The position numbers and the translations under genes are program-made. This document shows positions 54,901 to 63,900 of a stretch of DNA of 64,000 nucleotides, one piece after another (the stretch's first letter is position 1; every line of letters starts with the position of its first letter). The DNA is from Bacteroidales bacterium (GTDB lineage: Bacteria; Bacteroidota; Bacteroidia; Bacteroidales; UBA4417), in contig OY782677.1 of assembly GCA_963677975.1 (NCBI GenBank), positions 779,605 to 843,604 on the forward strand, read 5' to 3'. Under the pieces are notes generated by a model that worked only from the letters and a program-made list of their open reading frames with translations, did no database searches and had not been told where the DNA came from.

Positions 54901-57900
54901 TGTACCTTCCGACTATACGGGCAACCTGGTAAATACGGCCACGGTAAGCAGCCCGACCCCGGATCCGGATCCGACATGCCCGGCATGTACCGATACGGAC
55001 ACCCCGAGCCCAAGCGCCAACCTGGTGACGGTCAAGACGGACGGTAGTGCTACCTATACAGCAGGCACGAATGTGGTTTACACGGTAACGGTTACCAACA
55101 ACGGACCTAGCGATGCTGTGAATGTACTTGTAGCCGACAATGCCCCAGCGGGCACGGCTATCACAGGCTGGACGGCAAGCGGCACAGGCGCCACCCCGCC
55201 GAATGCGAGCGGCAGCGGCAACCTGTCAGAGACGGTACCCGGCATGCCTAACGGCAGCAGTGTCACCTATACGATCACCGTAAGTGTACCTTCCGACTAT
55301 ACGGGCAACCTGGTAAATACGGCCACGGTAAGCAGCCCGACCCCGGATCCTGATCCGACATGCCCGGCATGTACCGATACGGACACCCCGAGCCCAAGCG
55401 CCAACCTGGTGACGGTCAAGACGGACGGCAATTCCACCTACACCGCAGGCACGAATGTGGTTTACACGGTAACGGTTACCAACAACGGACCTAGCGATGC
55501 TGTGAATGTACTTGTAGCCGACAATGCCCCTTCGGGCACGGCCATCACAGGCTGGACGGCAAGCGGCACCGGCGCCACCCCACCGAATGCGAGCGGCAGC
55601 GGTAACCTGTCAGAGACGGTACCCGGCATGCCTAACGGCAGCAGTGTCACCTATACGATCACCGTAAGTGTACCTTCCGACTATACAGGCAACCTGGTAA
55701 ATACGGCCACGGTAAGCAGCCCGACCCCGGATCCGGATCCGACATGCCCGGCATGTACCGATACGGACACCCCGAGCCCAAGCGCCAACCTGGTGACGGT
55801 CAAGACGGACGGTAGTGCTACCTACACTGCAGGCACGAATGTGGTTTACACGGTAACGGTTACCAACAACGGACCTAGCGATGCTGTGAATGTACTTGTA
55901 GCCGACAATGCCCCTTCGGGCACGGCCATCACAGGCTGGACGGCAAGCGGCACAGGCGCCACCCCGCCGAATGCGAGCGGCATCGGCAACCTGTCAGAGA
56001 CGGTCTTGAGCATGCCTAACGGCAGCAGTGTGACCTATACGATCACCGTAAGCGTACCTTCCGACTATACGGGCAACCTGGTAAATACGGCCACGGTAAG
56101 CAGCCCGACCCCGGATCCTGATCCGACATGCCCGGCATGTACCGATACGGACACCCCGAGCCCAAGCGCCAACCTGGTGACGGTCAAAACGGACGGTAGT
56201 GCTACCTATACAGCAGGCACGAATGTGGTTTACACGGTAACGGTTACCAACAACGGACCTAGCGATGCTGTGAATGTACTTGTAGCCGACAATGCCCCAG
56301 CGGGCACGGCTATCACAGGCTGGACGGCAAGCGGCACAGGCGCCACCCCACCGAATGCGAGCGGCAGCGGCAACCTGTCAGAGACGGTCTTGAGCATGCC
56401 TAACGGCAGCAGTGTGACCTATACGATCACCGTAAGTGTACCTTCCGACTATACGGGCAACCTGGTAAATACGGCCACGGTAAGCAGCCCGACCCCGGAT
56501 CCTGATCCGACATGCCCGGCATGTACCGATACGGACACCCCGAGCCCAAGCGCCAACCTGGTGACGGTCAAGACGGACGGCAATGCCACCTACACTGCAG
56601 GCACGAATGTGGTTTACACGGTAACGGTTACCAACAACGGACCTAGCGATGCTGTGAATGTACTTGTAGCCGACAATGCCCCTTCGGGCACGGCCATCAC
56701 AGGCTGGACGTCAAGCGGCACCGGCGCCACCCCGCCGAATGCGAGCGGCATCGGCAACCTGTCAGAGACGGTCTTGAGCATGCCTAACGGCAGCAGTGTG
56801 ACCTATACGATCACCGTAAGTGTACCTTCCGACTATACGGGCAACCTGGTAAATACGGCCACGGTAAGCAGCCCGACCCCGGATCCTGATCCGACATGCC
56901 CGGCATGTACCGATACGGACACCCCGAGCCCAAGCGCCAACCTGGTGACGGTCAAGACGGACGGTAGTGCTACCTATACAGCAGGCACGAATGTGGTTTA
57001 CACGGTAACGGTTACCAACAACGGACCTAGCGATGCTGTGAATGTACTTGTAGCCGACAATGCCCCTTCGGGCACGGCCATCACAGGCTGGACGGCAAGC
57101 GGCACCGGCGCCACCCCACCGAATGCGAGCGGCAGCGGTAACCTGTCAGAGACGGTACCCGGCATGCCTAACGGCAGCAGTGTCACCTATACGATCACCG
57201 TAAGTGTACCTTCCGACTATACAGGCAACCTGGTAAATACGGCCACGGTAAGCAGCCCGACCCCGGATCCGGATCCGACATGCCCGGCATGTACCGATAC
57301 GGACACCCCGAGCCCAAGCGCCAACCTGGTGACGGTCAAGACGGACGGCAATGCCACCTACACTGCAGGCACGAATGTGGTTTACACGGTAACGGTTACC
57401 AACAACGGACCTAGCGATGCTGTGAATGTACTTGTAGCCGACAATGCCCCTTCGGGCACGGCCATCACAGGCTGGACGTCAAGCGGCACCGGCGCCACCC
57501 CGCCGAATGCGAGCGGCATCGGCAACCTGTCAGAGACGGTCTTGAGCATGCCTAACGGCAGCAGTGTGACCTATACGATCACCGTAAGCGTGCCTTCAAA
57601 CTATACGGGCAACCTGGTAAATACGGCCACGGTAAGCAGCCCGACCCCGGATCCTGATCCGACATGCCCGGCATGTACCGATACGGACACCCCGAGCCCA
57701 AGCGCCAACCTGGTGACGGTCAAGACGGACGGCAATTCCACCTACACCGCAGGCACGAATGTGGTTTACACGGTAACGGTTACCAACAACGGACCTAGCG
57801 ATGCTGTGAATGTACTTGTAGCCGACAATGCCCCAGCGGGCACGGCCATCACAGGCTGGACGGCAAGCGGCACCGGCGCCACCCCACCGAATGCGAGCGG

Positions 57901-60900
57901 CAGCGGTAACCTGTCAGAGACGGTACCCGGCATGCCTAACGGCAGCAGTGTCACCTATACGATCACCGTAAGTGTACCTTCCGACTATACGGGCAACCTG
58001 GTAAATACGGCCACGGTAAGCAGCCCGACTCCGGATCCTGATCCGACATGCCCGGCATGTACCGATACGGACACCCCGAGCCCAAGCGCCAACCTGGTGA
58101 CGGTCAAGACGGACGGCAATGCCACCTACACTGCAGGCACGAATGTGGTTTACACGGTAACGGTTACCAACAACGGACCTAGCGATGCTGTGAATGTACT
58201 TGTAGCCGACAATGCCCCTTCGGGCACGGCTATCACAGGCTGGACGTCAAGCGGCACCGGCGCCACCCCACCGAATGCGAGCGGCATCGGCAACCTGTCA
58301 GAGACGGTACCCGGCATGCCTAACGGCAGCAGTGTCACCTATACGATCACCGTAAGCGTGCCTTCAAACTATACGGGCAACCTGGTAAATACGGCCACGG
58401 TAAGCAGCCCGACTCCGGATCCTGATCCGACATGCCCGGCATGTACCGATACGGACACCCCGAGCCCAAGCGCCAACCTGGTGACGGTCAAGACGGACGG
58501 CAATGCCACCTACACCGCAGGCACGAATGTGGTTTACACGGTAACGGTTACCAACAACGGACCTAGCGATGCTGTGAATGTACTTGTAGCCGACAATGCC
58601 CCTTCGGGCACGGCTATCACAGGCTGGACGGCAAGCGGCACAGGCGCCACCCCACCGAATGCGAGCGGCATCGGCAACCTGTCAGAGACGGTACCCGGCA
58701 TGCCTAACGGCAGCAGTGTCACCTATACGATCACCGTAAGTGTACCTTCCGACTATACGGGCAACCTGGTAAATACGGCCACGGTAAGCAGCCCGACCCC
58801 GGATCCGGATCCGACATGCCCGGCATGTACCGATACGGACACCCCGAGCCCAAGCGCCAACCTGGTGACGGTCAAGACGGACGGTAGTGCTACCTATACA
58901 GCAGGCACGAATGTGGTTTACACGGTAACGGTTACCAACAACGGACCTAGCGATGCTGTGAATGTACTTGTAGCCGACAATGCCCCTTCGGGCACGGCTA
59001 TCACAGGCTGGACGGCAAGCGGCACAGGCGCCACCCCACCGAATGCAAGCGGCAGCGGCAACCTGTCAGAGACGGTACCCGGCATGCCTAACGGCAGCAG
59101 TGTCACCTATACGATCACCGTAAGTGTACCTTCCGACTATACGGGCAACCTGGTAAATACGGCCACGGTAAGCAGCCCGACCCCGGATCCGGATCCGACA
59201 TGCCCGGCATGTACCGATACGGACACCCCGAGCCCAAGCGCCAACCTGGTGACGGTCAAGACGGACGGCAATGCCACCTACACTGCAGGCACGAATGTGG
59301 TTTACACGGTAACGGTTACCAACAACGGACCTAGCGATGCTGTGAATGTACTTGTAGCCGACAATGCCCCTTCGGGCACGGCCATCACAGGCTGGACGTC
59401 AAGCGGCACCGGCGCCACCCCGCCGAATGCGAGCGGCATCGGCAACCTGTCAGAGACGGTCTTGAGCATGCCTAACGGCAGCAGTGTGACCTATACGATC
59501 ACCGTAAGTGTACCTTCCGACTATACGGGCAACCTGGTAAATACGGCCACGGTAAGCAGCCCGACCCCGGATCCGGATCCGACATGCCCGGCATGTACCG
59601 ATACGGACACCCCGAGCCCAAGCGCCAACCTGGTGACGGTCAAGACGGACGGTAGTGCTACCTATACAGCAGGCACGAATGTGGTTTACACAGTAACGGT
59701 TACCAACAACGGACCTAGCGATGCTGTGAATGTACTTGTAGCCGACAATGCCCCAGCGGGCACGGCTATCACAGGCTGGACGGCAAGCGGCACCGGCGCC
59801 ACCCCACCAAATGCGAGCGGCAGCGGCAACCTGTCAGAGACGGTACCCGGCATGCCTAACGGCAGCAGTGTCACCTATACGATCACCGTAAGTGTACCTT
59901 CCGACTATACTGGCAACCTGGTAAATACGGCCACGGTAAGCAGCCCGACCCCGGATCCGGATCCGACATGCCCGGCATGTACCGATACGGATCAAAATTA
60001 TTCTTTAACAGTTGTAAAAACTCAGACCTCGGGACCAAATCCAGTAACTGCAGCAGGGCAATTACTAACATATAGTATTGTAATAACCAATTCTGGAACA
60101 ATTAACCAGACCGGATTAGTACCGACGGAGATCTATCCTGGTGCAGGCACAGGCACTTTGAGCGCAGCGACTGAAAGCATTAGCACGAATGGCATTCTGA
60201 ATGTCGGGGAGACCTGGACTTACATAGCTACTTACACTACCACTCAGGCGGATGTAGATGCAGCTATACCGCTTATTAACACGATCAGTGTGGTAACAAA
60301 TGAAATGCCCAGCCCGACTACGGATACGGAAACGACTCCGGTCATATCAACTCCTGTTATATCACTTACCAAAACAGCTGACGATGTAAGCGATGTAACC
60401 TTAGGCCAGACGATCACTTATACTTATGTTATAACCAACACAGGTAATGTAACGATGAGCAATGTGAGTGTTTCAGACGTGATCAACGTAGGAACAGGCA
60501 CACTGAGTTCGATATCCCCTACCAGTGTTGCAAGCCTTGCAGTTGGAGCAAGTACGAGCTTCACGGCCACTTATATAGTGACACAGGCAGACGTTAACCA
60601 CCAGGTGAATATTACCAATACCGCTACAGCCACTGCTTACAACGGAGCGACACCATATACAGCTACCGACAACGAAAGTGTTGATGTTACCGATTTACCA
60701 ACAGCTGTAACAGATACCTATACCACAACGGAAGACACACCTATAACGCTCTTACCGTTAACCGGTGACAGCGATCCTGACGGCGGTACCCTGTCGATTA
60801 CCTCGATCAACGGAGTGACCCTGACCCCGGGCACAGCGCAGACGATCCCTGTAACCAACGGAACGGTAAGTATCACAGCAGGCGGGGTCATAACCTTTAC

Positions 60901-63900
60901 CCCGGCAGCCAACTATTTCGGAACAGTGACCTTCCCGTATGTAATCAGCGACGGCCAGGGCGGCACTGCCACAGCCGATGAGATTATCAACATCAGCTCG
61001 GTGAATGATCCACCAATAGCTGTAACAGATACCTATACCACAACGGAAGACACGCCTGTAACGCTCTTACCGTTAACCGGCGACAGTGATCCTGACGGCG
61101 GCACCCTGTCGATCACCTCGATCAACGGAGTGACCCTGACCCCTGGCACAGCGCAGACGATCCCTGTAACCAACGGAACGGTAAGTATCACAGCAGGCGG
61201 GGTCATAACCTTTACCCCGGCAGCCAACTATTTCGGAACAGTAACCTTCCCGTATGTAATCAGCGACGGCCAGGGCGGCACTGCCACAGCCGATGAGATT
61301 ATCAACATCAGCTCGGTGAATGATCCACCAATAGCTGTAACAGATACCTATACCACAACGGAAGACACACCTGTAACGCTCTTACCGTTAACCGGCGACA
61401 GCGATCCTGACGGCGGCACCCTGTCGATCACCTCGATCAACGGAGTGACCCTGACCCCTGGCACAGCGCAGACGATCCCTGTAACCAACGGAACGGTAAG
61501 TATCACAGCAGGCGGGGTCATAACCTTTACCCCGGCAGCCAACTATTTCGGAACAGTGACCTTCCCGTATGTAATCAGCGACGGCCAGGGCGGCACCGCC
61601 ACAGCCGATGAGATTATCAACATCAGCTCGGTGAACGATCCACCAATAGCTGTAACAGATACCTATACCACAACGGAAGACACACCTGTAACGCTCTTAC
61701 CGTTAACCGGTGACAGCGATCCTGACGGCGGTACCCTGTCGATTACCTCGATCAACGGAGTGACCCTGACCCCGGGCACAGCGCAGACGATCCCTGTAAC
61801 CAACGGAACGGTAAGTATCACAGCAGGCGGGGTCATAACCTTTACCCCGGCAGCCAACTATTTCGGAACAGTAACCTTCCCGTATGTAATCAGCGACGGC
61901 CAGGGCGGCACTGCCACAGCCGATGAGATTATCAACATCAGCTCGGTGAATGATCCACCAATAGCTGTAACAGATACCTATACCACAACAGAAGACACAC
62001 CTGTAACGCTGTTACCGTTAACCGGCGACAGCGATCCTGACGGCGGCACCCTGTCGATCACCTCGATCAACGGAGTGACCCTGACCCCTGGCACAGCGCA
62101 GACGATCCCTGTAACCAACGGAACGGTAAGTATCACAGCAGGCGGGGTCATAACCTTTACCCCGGCAGCCAACTATTTCGGAACAGTAACCTTCCCGTAT
62201 GTAATCAGCGACGGCCAGGGCGGCACTGCCACAGCCGATGAGATTATCAACATCAGCTCGGTGAACGATCCACCAATAGCCGTAACAGATACTTATACCA
62301 CAACGGAAGACACACCTGTAACGCTCTTACCATTAACCGGTGACAGCGATCCTGACGGCGGTACCCTGTCGATTACCTCGATCAACGGAGTGACCCTGAC
62401 CCCTGGCACAGCGCAGACGATCCCTGTAACCAACGGAACGGTAAGTATCACAGCAGGCGGGGTCATAACCTTTACCCCGGCAGCCAACTATTTCGGAACA
62501 GTAACCTTCCCGTATGTAATCAGCGACGGCCAGGGCGGCACCGCCACAGCCGATGAGATTATCAACATCAGCTCGGTGAACGATCCACCAATAGCTGTAA
62601 CAGATACCTATACCACAACAGAAGACACACCTGTAACGCTGTTACCGTTAACCGGCGACAGCGATCCTGACGGCGGCACCCTGTCGATCATCTCGATCAA
62701 CGGAGTGACCCTGACCCCTGGCACAGCGCAGACGATCCCTGTAACCAACGGAACGGTAAGTATCACAGCAGGCGGGGTCATAACCTTTACCCCGGCAGCC
62801 AACTATTTCGGAACAGTAACCTTCCCGTATGTAATCAGCGACGGCCAGGGCGGCACTGCCACAGCCGATGAGATTATCAACATCAGCTCGGTGAATGATC
62901 CACCAATAGCTGTGACAGATACCTATACCACAACGGAAGACACACCTGTAACGCTGTTACCGTTAACCGGCGACAGTGATCCTGACGGCGGCACCCTATC
63001 GATCACCTCGATCAACGGAGTGACCCTGACCCCTGGCACCGCGCAGACGATCCCTGTAACCAACGGAACGGTAAGTATCACAGCAGGCGGGGTCATAACC
63101 TTTACCCCGGCAGCCAACTATTTCGGAACAGTGACCTTCCCGTATGTAATCAGCGACGGCCAGGGCGGCACAGCTACAGCCGATGAGATTATCAACATCA
63201 GCTCGGTGAACGATCCACCAATAGCTGTAACAGATACCTATACCACAACGGAAGACACACCTGTAACGCTCTTACCGTTAACCGGTGACAGCGATCCTGA
63301 CGGCGGTACCCTGTCGATTACCTCGATCAACGGAGTGACCCTGACCCCGGGCACAGCGCAGACGATCCCTGTAACCAACGGAACGGTAAGTATCACAGCA
63401 GGCGGGGTCATAACCTTTACCCCGGCAGCCAACTATTTCGGAACAGTGACCTTCCCGTATGTAATCAGCGACGGCCAGGGCGGCACTGCCACAGCCGATG
63501 AGATTATCAACATCAGCTCGGTGAATGATCCACCAATAGCTGTAACAGATACCTATACCACAACGGAAGACACGCCTGTAACGCTCTTACCGTTAACCGG
63601 CGACAGTGATCCTGACGGCGGCACCCTGTCGATCACCTCGATCAACGGAGTGACCCTGACCCCTGGCACAGCGCAGACGATCCCTGTAACCAACGGAACG
63701 GTAAGTATCACAGCAGGCGGGGTCATAACCTTTACCCCGGCAGCCAACTATTTCGGAACAGTAACCTTCCCGTATGTAATCAGCGACGGCCAGGGCGGCA
63801 CTGCCACAGCCGATGAGATTATCAACATCAGCTCGGTGAACGATCCACCAACAGCTGTGACAGATACCTATACCACAGCTGAAGACACACCTGTAACGCT

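Noticed and set aside
52712-59992. A diversity-generating retroelement or targeted hypermutation as the source of the variant sites in the repeat units.
   Set aside because: The variants are a few dimorphic states shared among units, and they are not adenine-specific (G/A, T/C, G/T and multi-base swaps all occur). No reverse transcriptase or template repeat is present in the window. Gene conversion explains the pattern.
49792-63747. Minus-strand ORF families of 62 aa (MTLLPLGMPGTVSDRLP..., 12 copies), 64 aa (MAAGVKVMTPPAVILT..., 10 copies) and 75-90 aa (49792, 51301, 51691).
   Set aside because: These have the same explanation: they are antisense to the DUF11 and cadherin-like arrays of the giant + strand ORF. 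Whether a 62-aa ORF is present depends on which + strand variant (VPGM versus VLSM) a unit carries.
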